A DNA stretch of 39,648 bases, taken from contig CAYGFT010000004.1 in the NCBI GenBank assembly GCA_964349275.1, forward strand, positions 1 to 39,648. The letters are read 5' to 3'. The notes beneath the pieces were generated by a model. It did not search any database, was not told the origin of the DNA, and saw only the letters and a list, made by a program, of their open reading frames with translations. This DNA comes from an uncultured Candidatus Saccharibacteria bacterium. Its GTDB lineage: Bacteria > Patescibacteriota > Minisyncoccia > Ryanbacterales > 2-02-FULL-48-12. Every line of letters begins with the position of its first letter. The first letter of the stretch is position 1. The position numbers were made by a program, and so were the translations under genes. This document shows, piece by piece, positions 19,141-29,418 of the stretch.

Positions 19141-19231
19141 GTACTAGTGATAACACCTTGAGCGATGCTTGCCCTTCGGGGCTTTTTTGTTGCTTGTTTT
19201 TGCGTCATACTGATTACAGTAGTCATATCGT

Positions 19232-19987
19232 ATGAGTAAGTACTATAACCCCCAAAAAACCAGAGGTCTGTTTGACCCTATTGCTACGTCGCCGTTTCGC
19301 ATTAGCAGGTCAAAGATTGATCTTTTTTTGGAGTGCCCGCGCTGTTTTTATCTTGATCAGCGCCTGGGCGTGGGGCGCCCACCGGGGTATCCGTTTAGTC
19401 TCAACTCTGCGGTGGATACTCTGCTCAAAAAAGAATTTGATGTCCATCGCGCACGCCAAACTCCGCACCCACTTATGAAGGTGTATGGTATTGATGCGGT
19501 ACCGTTTCAGCATGAGAAATTGGAGGAGTGGCGGAACGCCCTCCAGCAGGGTGTGCAATATGTACATGGGGAGACGAATCTTTTAGTACGGGGTGGTATT
19601 GATGATGTTTGGGTCAATCCCCAGGGTGAGCTCTTGGTGGTGGATTACAAAGCGACCTCGAAAAGTGGGGAAGTTTCGCTGGATGCCGACTGGCAAATCG
19701 GCTATAAACGGCAAGTCGAGGTGTATCAGTGGCTACTCCGCAACAATGGGTTTCAGGTTTCAGATACCGCATACTTTGTCTATTGTAATGGGGATACCGA
19801 CAAAGAAGCATTTGATGCGAAGCTCGAGTTTACGGTCAAAGTAATTCCGTATATGGGTGATGCAAGTTGGGTGGATGGCGCATTGGGTGCCATCCGTGAT
19901 TGTTTGGTAGGTGAGTGTATTCCCCAGCCGAGTCCCGAGTGTGATTATTGTAATTATCGGATGGCGGCATTTGCATTAGAAACATAG
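19232..19987 (+). CDS. PD-(D/E)XK nuclease (RecB/Cas4-like)
   Basis: S.S......CPRC, G.IDD, VVDYK, Q...YQW, C-terminal CDYC. Confidence 0.88.
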   Translation: MSKYYNPQKTRGLFDPIATSPFRISRSKIDLFLECPRCFYLDQRLGVGRPPGYPFSLNSAVDTLLKKEFDVHRARQTPHPLMKVYGIDAVPFQHEKLEEWRNALQQGVQYVHGETNLLVRGGIDDVWVNPQGELLVVDYKATSKSGEVSLDADWQIGYKRQVEVYQWLLRNNGFQVSDTAYFVYCNGDTDKEAFDAKLEFTVKVIPYMGDASWVDGALGAIRDCLVGECIPQPSPECDYCNYRMAAFALET

Positions 19988-19996
19988 TATTGGTGA

Positions 19997-20701
19997 ATGG
20001 CAAAATGGCCGCAAAATCTTGTACTCATACGCCATGGCGAATCAGAATACAATCTGGAGCGCCGGCTTATCGCTCTTGGGGAGAGTGATGGGCATTCTGA
20101 TGGCCTCAAGCTCACGCGCAATGCCGATATTGTGCTCACCAAAGAAGGTATTCAGCAAGCGAGAGCCACCGGAGATTTTTTGCATGAGCGCTATGAAAAA
20201 TTTGATGTAGTATTTGTGAGTCCGTTTAAGCGGGCTGACGAGACCGCCGAGCATATCCTAGCCGCATGGCATGCAGATACGCCGCCGATTATTGTAGACG
20301 AGCGTCTGCGAGAAAAGGAATTTGGCATTTTTTTTGCACTCACGGATCGTGAGATCAAAGAGCAGTATCCTGAATGGGCGAATTTACGGGGGATTGAGGG
20401 ACGATATTATTTTCGTCCTCCAGGAGGGGAGTCGTACCCGGATATCGCGATCCGGGTGGGTAGTTTTCTGGCAACGATTGTACGTGATTGGGCAGACAAA
20501 AACGTGCTTATTGTCTCGCACGCGGCGGTGTTACTCGCATTTCATAAAATTTTAGCACGGATGTCCGAGCGTGAAATATTAGAGTTGGTGGAAGGAGCAG
20601 AAATCAAGAATTGCGCTATACTTAGCTATACGCCTCGCGTGTCTCCAGAGACGGGGCGAGAGCAGTTGATCCTAGAGGTATTTAATAAAATAGCATATTA
20701 A
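19997..20701 (+). CDS. Histidine phosphatase (phosphoglycerate mutase-like) family
   Basis: LIRHGES..N, LT..G..QA, SP..RA, LRE..FG, PGGES, VSH. Confidence 0.9.
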   Translation: MAKWPQNLVLIRHGESEYNLERRLIALGESDGHSDGLKLTRNADIVLTKEGIQQARATGDFLHERYEKFDVVFVSPFKRADETAEHILAAWHADTPPIIVDERLREKEFGIFFALTDREIKEQYPEWANLRGIEGRYYFRPPGGESYPDIAIRVGSFLATIVRDWADKNVLIVSHAAVLLAFHKILARMSEREILELVEGAEIKNCAILSYTPRVSPETGREQLILEVFNKIAY

Positions 20702-20769
20702 TTTTTTTGTAGTGTATCGTCTGACTGCCAAAACACACGGTACCTCTTTTTTAGTAGACATACTCGTAT

Positions 20770-22284
20770 ATGAAAAAAATCTTCTTTGTGCTGTGTATGG
20801 TGCTTCTCGTAGTGTTTTTGGGAGTATTTTTCTTTTCCAAAAAAAACACGATCGATCCTGATGGCGATATGGCTCTGGAGACGTTTCGAGGAGAGCTCGT
20901 AGCACTTAATGCGCATGCGGGATCATTTTCTCTGCGCAAAGATGGGGATCAAGATCTCGTCGAGATTCTTGCATCCAATGATACGGTGTTTCAAGATAGC
21001 CAAGGACGGTCAGTGGCGCCTGGGTATTTTTTGCCCGGTGTGCGTCTTGAGACGCGCGGTATCGTGACGGAGGGTAAGATGCGTGCCCGATATATTACGG
21101 AGATGCCACGTGGATCATTCGCGCACTATCTCAATCCTGATTTTAAAGTTGTATTTACCTACCCAGCTTCCTGGGGGCCGAACATTCGTCACGGCAGTAT
21201 TAATGGTATCCCGACGCATTTTGAGGGACGTGAAGGATTTTTTACGATTGATGCTTTGCAGGTAGATGAAGGTACACTGGAGAGCGCGGTAGGCAGTATC
21301 GCGTATCACAAACTCAAACCCTATGGCGATACGCCGGAGATTGTACATGAGACGATTGACGGACAAGAGGCGGCAATTATTATGCCGCGTGAAGGTGCAC
21401 TCAAAGAGGCGGCATTGGTAGTACGTTATCCGCATGAGGTACGGATTAATAATACGGTGTATTCATTTTTCGTGGTCTATACGGACAAAGAGCACGCAGA
21501 GGATATTGCTCGGTCATTGCGTTTTTTCGAAAATAATTCTGCGGAAAAAAAATTGTCTTCCGTGCCCAACATTCTCGTGTATCAGCCACGCATGGGTGAC
21601 GTAGTGAGTGGTACATTTACTGTTGTCGGTTTTGCCCGTGTATTTGAAAACCAGTTTTCTATCCGTCTCTCGGCCGATGGAGTGGGAGTACTTTCAGAGG
21701 AGACGGCAAGTACACATGCTTCTGATAGTGGTACGTATGGATATTTTGAGCATGAAGTTACCGTGTCTCCTATGAGTCTTGCTAAACTCAAAAGTCATCC
21801 ACAGGCAAGTCTTGAGGTATTTGAGTATTCGGCACGCGATGGATCGGAGACGAGTAAGGTTATGGTGCCGATAACCTGGCAGTCCGATAGCATAGAGACG
21901 ACACGTGTCTCGGTGTTTTTTCCCAATAGCAAGATGGATGCTTCTGGGTCATGTACCAACGTCTATCCGGTGCCACGCGATATTGTGCGCACCAAGGCGG
22001 TAGCTACTGCCGCTTTGGAAGAGCTTCTGCAAGGTCCGAATTCGGGGGAGCGCGAGCAAGGATATTTTAGTAATATCAATGCCGGTGTACGTATCCAGCG
22101 ACTTGCGATACAAAATGGCATTGCAACGGTTGATTTTGATGAGGCGCTGGATCGGGCAGTGGCGGGATCATGTCGGGTGACGTCCATACGGTCTCAAATC
22201 ACGCAAACGCTCAAACAATTTCCTACGGTTCAGTCAGTCGTTATATCGGTGAATGGGCGGACAGCAGATATTTTACAACCATGA
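20770..22284 (+). CDS. Membrane-anchored multidomain protein with Gmad2 Ig-like and GerMN domains
   Basis: G.ARVFE..F; SARDGS; AALEELL.GP, A.VDF, GSCRV..IRSQI..TL.QFPTV..V. Confidence 0.85.
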   Translation: MKKIFFVLCMVLLVVFLGVFFFSKKNTIDPDGDMALETFRGELVALNAHAGSFSLRKDGDQDLVEILASNDTVFQDSQGRSVAPGYFLPGVRLETRGIVTEGKMRARYITEMPRGSFAHYLNPDFKVVFTYPASWGPNIRHGSINGIPTHFEGREGFFTIDALQVDEGTLESAVGSIAYHKLKPYGDTPEIVHETIDGQEAAIIMPREGALKEAALVVRYPHEVRINNTVYSFFVVYTDKEHAEDIARSLRFFENNSAEKKLSSVPNILVYQPRMGDVVSGTFTVVGFARVFENQFSIRLSADGVGVLSEETASTHASDSGTYGYFEHEVTVSPMSLAKLKSHPQASLEVFEYSARDGSETSKVMVPITWQSDSIETTRVSVFFPNSKMDASGSCTNVYPVPRDIVRTKAVATAALEELLQGPNSGEREQGYFSNINAGVRIQRLAIQNGIATVDFDEALDRAVAGSCRVTSIRSQITQTLKQFPTVQSVVISVNGRTADILQP

Positions 22285-22389
22285 GTATGCAATAAAATAA
22301 GTGTGCACAGGTATGTAGCGGTATCTATGCGGTCGGGGAAATAGTCCTGAGGGCTTTTGTATTTTGCGTAGGTGGTGTAGGCTAGATGC

Positions 22390-23055
22390 ATGACAGAAGA
22401 AACACAAAAAAACGAGCAAACAAAAAAAGATGCGTATATAAAAGCACGCGATGAGAAGCTTGCTAGAGATTTACAGCAAAGCCGAAAACGAGGCCTGAAG
22501 CGTATTGGCTACGCACTGGCGACTCTTGGTGTTGTAGGGGGGATTGGTTTTGGATTGTGGCGACTATTTTTGAGTTTTGGTCCGGAGCGGGAGGCCGATG
22601 CGAGTATCACCTATGCGATTACGGGGCGTGATCATATCGCCGAAGGTTCGCCGCGTCTCACATACAATTCCAATCCGCCAACCTCGGGGCCACATTATGC
22701 CGAGCCCGCACTCTTGGGGCTATATGACAAAGAGCTTCCTGATGAGCGCGTGTTGCATAATCTCGAACATGGAGAGATTTGGGTGAGTTATCATCCCCGT
22801 ATCAAGGAGCAGATAGTAGGTGATTTGAGCGCATTGCTTCGCGCCCGGGTGATTATTACTCCGCGGTCAGCCAACGACACGGATATTGCCGTTGCCACAT
22901 GGGGGCGGCTCGATACGTTTAATCTTGAAGGTAAACCGCTGGATACGGTGCGTATTTCGGATTTTATCAAACGCTACCAAAATCAAGGACCGGAACAGCT
23001 TTCTTCTGATACGATGGTGAGCCCCACGAGTGAACAGCCCATAGAACGTCCCTAG
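22390..23055 (+). CDS. DUF3105 domain protein
   Basis: H....YNSNPPTSGPHY, HNLEHG.IW..Y, WGR, GPE. Confidence 0.9.
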   Translation: MTEETQKNEQTKKDAYIKARDEKLARDLQQSRKRGLKRIGYALATLGVVGGIGFGLWRLFLSFGPEREADASITYAITGRDHIAEGSPRLTYNSNPPTSGPHYAEPALLGLYDKELPDERVLHNLEHGEIWVSYHPRIKEQIVGDLSALLRARVIITPRSANDTDIAVATWGRLDTFNLEGKPLDTVRISDFIKRYQNQGPEQLSSDTMVSPTSEQPIERP

Positions 23056-23063
23056 ATTGTGCA

Positions 23064-24506
23064 ATGCCAAATTCTCGCGCACATCCCGTACTCGAAGCGC
23101 CAACAATTTTTGTCATTTTTGGAGTGTTCGGTGATTTGAGCGAGCAAAAATTATTGCCCGCGCTTTTTGATTTGTGGCAAAAAAAATTATTGCCCGCGCG
23201 GTTTTATGTTGTGGGGTTCTCGCGTAGAGACGCTGGGGATGTGGATTTACAGGAGTTTACCCGTACAGCAATTGCGCGAAAGCACAAAAATAAGATGCCA
23301 CGGGGTGCGGCGGCATTTTCTCTACGAGTGCGACACGTGCAGGGCGTGTTTGAGGACGCGTATGCGTATGAGCATGTTGCGGAAGTTTTAGTCTCTCTTG
23401 ATGCGGAGCTTGGCGTCTGCTCCAATAAACTTTTTTATCTAGCGGTGCCACCAAATGCATATGGTACGATATTCCAAAATCTTGCGCATTCAGGTCTTAC
23501 TGTCCCTTGCGGAGGCAACAAGGGATGGACGCGGATACTGGTAGAAAAACCGTTTGGCAGAGACTTAGAGACAGCGCAAAAGCTTGATGCCATGCTTGGG
23601 TTGTTATTTAAGGAAGAGCAGATATTTCGGATCGATCATTATTTAGCAAAGGAAAATCTACAGAATATTTTGGCGTTTCGTTTTTCCAATACGTTTTTTG
23701 AACCGCTCTGGCGCAAAGAGTATATAGAAAAAGTTACCATACGCCTCTGGGAGACGGCGGGTATCGGTCGCCGGGGGGGATTTTATGAAGATATTGGTGC
23801 GCTTCGTGATGTAGGACAAAATCATATGCTACAGATGCTTGCACTTATTGCTCTTGACGACCCGAAGGGCATGGAGGCGAGCTTGGTGCGTGCGGCGCGT
23901 GCGCGTGCCCTTTTGTCTCTGCGTCCTATAAAACCCGCAGATATCGCGGATCATATAGTGCGAGGGCAGTACCGGAGCTATCGCCAAGAGATGCACGTAG
24001 GAGCTGATTCAGAGACAGAGACCTATGTGCGCATTGCGGCACATATAGATAACGATCGGTGGCGCGATGTGCCGTTTTATTTAGAAGCGGGAAAGCGCAT
24101 GAAAGAAAGCAGGGTAGATATTTCGCTTCACTTTAAAAAAGATGTATCATGGATGCGTCTCTCGGAAGATGAGAATCATGCTCCAGGCAATATTTTAACA
24201 TTTCGTATCCAGCCCGATGAAGGTATCGTGCTTACGTTTCTCGCAAAGCGTCCGGGGTTGGGTATGGTGGTAGAACCAAAATCCTTTTCACTCTTGTATG
24301 GTTCCGCGCATCCCCGCACAAAATCGCTAGAGGCGTATGAGCGAATTTTATTTGATTGCATCCAGGGAGACCAGACATTGTTTGCAAGTACTGCGGAGGT
24401 TGCCGCTTCCTGGGGCTATATTACGCCGATACTTGCATCCTGGGGGAGTGAACAACTACATATATATGAAGACGGTTCTCTGGGTCCTTCAGGCATCGGT
24501 ATCTAA
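23064..24506 (+). CDS. zwf: Glucose-6-phosphate 1-dehydrogenase
   Basis: G..GDL, YLAVPP, EKPFG.D, RIDHYL.KE, LRDV.QNH, RGQY, W..VPF. Confidence 0.96.
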   Translation: MPNSRAHPVLEAPTIFVIFGVFGDLSEQKLLPALFDLWQKKLLPARFYVVGFSRRDAGDVDLQEFTRTAIARKHKNKMPRGAAAFSLRVRHVQGVFEDAYAYEHVAEVLVSLDAELGVCSNKLFYLAVPPNAYGTIFQNLAHSGLTVPCGGNKGWTRILVEKPFGRDLETAQKLDAMLGLLFKEEQIFRIDHYLAKENLQNILAFRFSNTFFEPLWRKEYIEKVTIRLWETAGIGRRGGFYEDIGALRDVGQNHMLQMLALIALDDPKGMEASLVRAARARALLSLRPIKPADIADHIVRGQYRSYRQEMHVGADSETETYVRIAAHIDNDRWRDVPFYLEAGKRMKESRVDISLHFKKDVSWMRLSEDENHAPGNILTFRIQPDEGIVLTFLAKRPGLGMVVEPKSFSLLYGSAHPRTKSLEAYERILFDCIQGDQTLFASTAEVAASWGYITPILASWGSEQLHIYEDGSLGPSGIGI

Positions 24507-24523
24507 TTAACTACACGAACGAT

Positions 24524-25417
24524 ATGAATTTAGGATATATAGGATTGGGGAAGATGGGATTTGGTATGGCAGAGCTTCTTTTAGAGCATGGTCATGCGCT
24601 TTGGGTGTATGATGAAAATGAGACTCGTATCAGTGAGGTAGTGGCGCATGGTGCGAGTGCGGTGCTTTCTTTGGAGGCACTGGTAGGCGCTTTAGAGGCG
24701 CCACGGCTTATCTGGATTATGGTGCCGTATGAGGCGGTAGATGTAGTGCTTGATGAGCTCTTGCCACATTTGAGTCCCGGAGATGTAGTGGTAGATGGAG
24801 GTAACTCACCGTTTCGTGAGTCTATGCGCCGAGGCAGACGCCTTGAGGCACAAGGGGTGCATTTTTTGGATGTGGGAGTTTCCGGGGGGCCGGGAGGTGC
24901 ACGCACGGGAGCATGCATTATGGTTGGAGGAGAAAAAAAAGTTTTTGAGACCTATCAGCAGTTATTTCGTGATGTCGCCGCTCCCGAGGCTTGCCAATAT
25001 GTCGGAGAGTCGGGTGCGGGACATTTTGTAAAAATGGTACACAATGGCATTGAGTATGGCATGATGCAGGCCATTGCGGAGGGATTTACTATTCTTAAGG
25101 AAGCACCGTTTGATATCGATCTCCCTTCGATTGCGGATCTCTATAATCGTCGCAGTGTCATCGAGTCGCGTTTGGTGGGATGGCTTGGGGATGCGTACAA
25201 GCAGTTTGGGGAGGATCTCGAGGAGGTTTCCGGGACTGTTGCGCATACGGGCGAGGGTGAGTGGACGGTAGAGGCGGCACGAGACTTGGAGGTGCCGGTG
25301 CCGATTATTGAGGGGGCGCTCGCATTTCGCGTTGCTTCACAGACACATCCGAGTTATGCAGGTAAGATTCTGTCTGCGCTTCGTAATCAATTTGGCAAGC
25401 ATCGAGTTCGTGACTAA
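24524..25417 (+). CDS. gnd: Decarboxylating 6-phosphogluconate dehydrogenase (short type)
   Basis: GLGKMG, DGGNS, DVGVSGG, GAGHFVKMVHNGIEYGMMQ, GEG.WT, LRNQFG.H. Confidence 0.95.
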   Translation: MNLGYIGLGKMGFGMAELLLEHGHALWVYDENETRISEVVAHGASAVLSLEALVGALEAPRLIWIMVPYEAVDVVLDELLPHLSPGDVVVDGGNSPFRESMRRGRRLEAQGVHFLDVGVSGGPGGARTGACIMVGGEKKVFETYQQLFRDVAAPEACQYVGESGAGHFVKMVHNGIEYGMMQAIAEGFTILKEAPFDIDLPSIADLYNRRSVIESRLVGWLGDAYKQFGEDLEEVSGTVAHTGEGEWTVEAARDLEVPVPIIEGALAFRVASQTHPSYAGKILSALRNQFGKHRVRD

Positions 25418-25434
25418 GAGGATAATTTTATTGC

Positions 25435-26751
25435 ATGGAGTTTTCTTTTATACAACCTACTGATGAGGATACAGATGTCACTCGTAGATATCAAGAAAAG
25501 CTGGCGGTATATCGAGCCAAGATTCTCGAAGTTCTAGGGAGTGGCACGTATCACGAGCCGGAGAGTTCGGTGTGTTTAGTGGGGGACACACACATGCAAG
25601 AAGTGACGCATGCACTTGCCAAAGAAAAAGTTTCTCCAAGACTTAAGTATATAGTGGTCATTGGCATTGGAGGTTCTAATCTTGGAGCAAAAGCCATTTA
25701 CGATACGCTTTTTGGGCATTTTGATATTTTAGAGCCGGATCGTTACCCGAAGATGCTCTATTTGGATACGAATGATCCCGAGTTTGCACTGCGGTTTGAG
25801 ATATTAGTGACGCGGCATGTTGCCATACCGGAAGAGATTTTAATAATAGTAATCAGCAAAAGTGGTACCACCACCGAGACGGCCGCCAATATGGAGTTGG
25901 TCGGAGGGATGCTTCGTGCGCGGTTTTCAGAAGCATTGAAGCGTATGGTGATTATCTCGGATGATGGTTCAAAACTTTGGAAATTTGCCCAGGATTATGC
26001 GATTGCATTTTTGGAAATCCCGCGGGTGGTTGGGGGGAGGTATTCGGTGTTTTCTCCGGTAGGAATTTTCCCGCTTGTATGCGCAGGGATTGATACACAG
26101 GCGCTTTTGCATGGTGCCGCGGATATGCTCGTGCAGGGTATGAGTGAGGATAATCGGCGCAATACTCCCATGCGTTCAGCAATATATCTTGCGCATACTA
26201 TTTCGCAAGGAAAGACCATACATGATCTTTTCGTGTTCCATCCCGAGCTTGAATCTTTGGGCAAATGGTATCGCCAACTAGTGGGTGAATCCTTGGGTAA
26301 GGAAAAAGATAGTAGTGGGAATACAGTACATGCGGGTCTGACACCCACGGTTTCAGTCGGCTCTACAGATCTTCATTCGGTAGGACAGCTCTATCTCGGC
26401 GGACCAAGAGACAAGGTGACGACATTTGTTTACACGACGCAGGAAGATACTTCTGTGTTGGTACCCAAAAATCCGTTGGGCGGCGTTGCGTTTGTTCCTG
26501 GTATCGCCGGCAAACCTTTTGCGCATATCATGCAGGCTATTCGCCAAGGAGTGACTACCGCATACGAGCGTTCCAGATTGCCTTTTCGGGAGATTATACT
26601 GCCACAGCAGACGCCATATGAGCTTGGTATGTGTATGCAGTTTATGATGCTGGAGACGATGTATCTAGGACATCTCTTGGGGGTAAATGCTTTTGACCAG
26701 CCGAGTGTAGAGTCTTATAAAGAAGAGACAAGGAAGATACTTGCTCTGTAA
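25435..26751 (+). CDS. pgi: Glucose-6-phosphate isomerase
   Basis: IGIGGS.LG, SKSGTT.E, GGRYSV, ESLGK, DLHS.GQ, FDQP.VE.YK. Confidence 0.93.
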   Translation: MEFSFIQPTDEDTDVTRRYQEKLAVYRAKILEVLGSGTYHEPESSVCLVGDTHMQEVTHALAKEKVSPRLKYIVVIGIGGSNLGAKAIYDTLFGHFDILEPDRYPKMLYLDTNDPEFALRFEILVTRHVAIPEEILIIVISKSGTTTETAANMELVGGMLRARFSEALKRMVIISDDGSKLWKFAQDYAIAFLEIPRVVGGRYSVFSPVGIFPLVCAGIDTQALLHGAADMLVQGMSEDNRRNTPMRSAIYLAHTISQGKTIHDLFVFHPELESLGKWYRQLVGESLGKEKDSSGNTVHAGLTPTVSVGSTDLHSVGQLYLGGPRDKVTTFVYTTQEDTSVLVPKNPLGGVAFVPGIAGKPFAHIMQAIRQGVTTAYERSRLPFREIILPQQTPYELGMCMQFMMLETMYLGHLLGVNAFDQPSVESYKEETRKILAL

Positions 26752-26760
26752 CGTTCATGT

Positions 26761-27615
26761 ATGTATTTATTATTTGATATTGGGGGCACGACGACGCGGA
26801 TTGCTATATCCAAAGATGGTCACCAGTTCGTGGAGCCTACCTATGTGCCTACGCCTGCCTCGTACCGTGAAGGCTTGGATGTTTTGGTTGCAGCGGCTAA
26901 ACATTTTGCGGGAGACAAAAAGATAGAAGGAGTATCGGGTGGTATTGCCGGACCGATGGACGGCGCGCATACGACACTCGCCAACTCCCCACATTTGCCG
27001 GATTGGGTGGATAAACCGTTTAAGCGTGATCTGGAAAAAGTTTTTCGTTGTCCGGTATATCTCGAAAATGATGCGGCATTTGTGGGACTAGGAGAGGCGA
27101 TTGAGGGTGCGGGACGCGGGTTTGGCATTGTTGCGTATGTGACGGTCAGCACGGGTGTGGGGGGTGTGCGGATAGTAGACGGCAAGATTGATCGCAGTGC
27201 GTTTGGGTTTGAGATCGGACACCAAATTATTGATATTCATGGACCGATATGCGCTACCTGCGCTTTGCCAGGGCACTTGGAAGAATACATCTCGGGCACC
27301 AGTTTGGAGCGTAAGCACAAGATGCGTCCGAGTGATATTACCGACCCAGCCATTTGGGAAGAGGCCGCACGTATGCTGTCCTATGGTTTGAATAATGTCA
27401 TGGTGCACTGGTCTCCCGAGCTTATTGTCCTGGGAGGCGCTATTATGCGCAAAGGCCCGCGAGAATTTTTTCAGCAAACGCACGACTATTTCAAAGATAC
27501 CGTAAAAATCTATCCCAAATTGCCGCGTGTCGAGCGCTCGGTACTCGGTGATATCGGCGGATTGCATGGTGCTTTGGTACATCTCAACCAGTCGCTTGAG
27601 AAATACCAGACATAA
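26761..27615 (+). CDS. ROK family sugar kinase (probable glucokinase)
   Basis: DIGGT, LEND, TVSTGVGG, E.GH, C..C..GH.E...SG. Confidence 0.9.
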   Translation: MYLLFDIGGTTTRIAISKDGHQFVEPTYVPTPASYREGLDVLVAAAKHFAGDKKIEGVSGGIAGPMDGAHTTLANSPHLPDWVDKPFKRDLEKVFRCPVYLENDAAFVGLGEAIEGAGRGFGIVAYVTVSTGVGGVRIVDGKIDRSAFGFEIGHQIIDIHGPICATCALPGHLEEYISGTSLERKHKMRPSDITDPAIWEEAARMLSYGLNNVMVHWSPELIVLGGAIMRKGPREFFQQTHDYFKDTVKIYPKLPRVERSVLGDIGGLHGALVHLNQSLEKYQT

Positions 27616-27693
27616 CGCCTCTATGAGCTTAAAAACCAAAGTCATGTAGGGCTCTTTTTTTTCTGTTTGGAACTGTGATATAGTGTGAAAATT

Positions 27694-29250
27694 ATGAAAG
27701 GATCTCGTGTGGTGCGTTTTCTCAAAAAACCAATAGGTGTCGTAGTGGTACTTCTTCTTATAGGGGGCGGTGTTTTTGGCACTTGGTATACACAAAGGAA
27801 GAATACGCATCAGGAACTGCTTACGGTAGAACGGGGGACGATTACGCAAGAGGTGGCGGCTACAGGTACTACCAAGCCTTTACAGGTTATCGATCTGGCT
27901 TTTGAGCGAGGGGGTAAGATTAGCTATATCGGGGTGAATGTTGGTGCAAGAGTTGCTCAAGGACAAACGCTTGCAGAGTTGAGTTCGGCCGATCTTGCGG
28001 CAGATGTCGCTCAAAGCGAAGCAACACTTGCGGTGGAGCGTGCCAAGCTTGATGAGTTGCGTCGTGGTACTCGTCCGGAGGAGATACGTATCCAGGAGGT
28101 CAAAGTCGCCAATGCCAAGACTTCGCTTGCGGATGCCAAGATCGGACTCGTGGATAAGATTGAAGATGCTTATACCAAATCCGATGATGCGATTAGAGGT
28201 ACCGCGGATCAGTTTTTGACTTCCAATACATCGGTAGATTTTTTTGCTGGCAAGGCGCAGTTAAAACTTGATTTGCAGGAACGATACGGTATGCTCAAGG
28301 ATCATCTTCTAGACTGGCAAACCGCGCTTGTCGCCGTGCGTGCGGAGGATCGCCTAGACGCATCAGTACTCAAAGCCAAAGGGTATCTTTCCGAGGTGCG
28401 CGTTTTTTTGGAGCGCCTCTCTCCTGCGATTAATGCGCTCACGCCAACTACGGGTCTTACTCAAGTTACGATTGATGGGTACAAATCGGATATTTCTACA
28501 GCGCGTACCAATATAAACACTGCTATTGTCAATCTTTCGACCGCGGAGGAAAAGTTTCGGGCCGCAGATTCCGTGCTCCTTCTTGCAGAAAATGAGCTCG
28601 TACTCAAAAAAGCCGGGTCTCCCAAAGAGCAGATTTCCGCTCAAGAGGCATATGTAGCAGAGGCGGAAGCGCGGTTGGCTTCTAGTCGTGCTACACTTTC
28701 TAAAAATATAATCCGCGCGCCAATTGCCGGTATGGTTACTAGACGCAATTATGATCCGGGTGAGGCGGTGGCGGCAAATGCCGCAGTGCTCTCGGTTATT
28801 ACCGAGCATACATTAGAAGTTGAGGTGTTTATTCCCGAAATTGATATCGGTAAAATTTCTGTAGGTAATCCAGTAGCGATTACGTTTGATGCGTTCCCGG
28901 GGGATATATTTACGGAGACGGTTGCTTATATCGATCCTGCGGAGACGGTGGTGGACGGCGTGGTTAATTTTAAAACCAAGATTGTACTTGCCACTAAGGA
29001 TGCACGCCTGCGGAGTGGTCTTACGGCCAATCTCCACATTCAGACACTTTCTAAATCCGATGTGCTTAAAGTTCCTCAGTTCACTATTGTCGAAAAATAT
29101 GGTAAATCTTTTGTGCGTATGCCCGAGGGAGATATGTATCGCGAGGTGCCAGTGCGTGTTGGCGCGCGCGGCCAGGACGGCAAGGTAGAGATTATCTCTG
29201 GACTCAAAGAGGGGGATCGTATTCTCAATATTGCTACAAAAACCAATTAG
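27694..29250 (+). CDS. Efflux periplasmic adaptor (HlyD/MacA-like MFP)
   Basis: N-terminal TM, G.V..GQ.LA.L, long coiled coil, IRAPI.G.V, EIISGL.EGD; start 27685 or 27694. Confidence 0.9.
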   Translation: MKGSRVVRFLKKPIGVVVVLLLIGGGVFGTWYTQRKNTHQELLTVERGTITQEVAATGTTKPLQVIDLAFERGGKISYIGVNVGARVAQGQTLAELSSADLAADVAQSEATLAVERAKLDELRRGTRPEEIRIQEVKVANAKTSLADAKIGLVDKIEDAYTKSDDAIRGTADQFLTSNTSVDFFAGKAQLKLDLQERYGMLKDHLLDWQTALVAVRAEDRLDASVLKAKGYLSEVRVFLERLSPAINALTPTTGLTQVTIDGYKSDISTARTNINTAIVNLSTAEEKFRAADSVLLLAENELVLKKAGSPKEQISAQEAYVAEAEARLASSRATLSKNIIRAPIAGMVTRRNYDPGEAVAANAAVLSVITEHTLEVEVFIPEIDIGKISVGNPVAITFDAFPGDIFTETVAYIDPAETVVDGVVNFKTKIVLATKDARLRSGLTANLHIQTLSKSDVLKVPQFTIVEKYGKSFVRMPEGDMYREVPVRVGARGQDGKVEIISGLKEGDRILNIATKTN

Positions 29251-29279
29251 ACAAGCATTTTGTTTTTCAAAAATATGGA

Positions 29280-29310
29280 CTGGATAGACGCCCTATCCAG
29301 CTTTTTGTTT
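29280..29310 (+). terminator. Intrinsic terminator
   Basis: CTGGATAG-ACGCC-CTATCCAG followed by CTTTTTG. Confidence 0.7.
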
Positions 29311-29418
29311 TGGGGATGGATTTTTGTGTAGTGCTTGGAGACTTCATTTTATAGGCGTTTTAAGATAGGCTAAGTTCGATAGTCAGTTTTTTTACAATAT
29401 AAGACGAAGGAGGACGTT

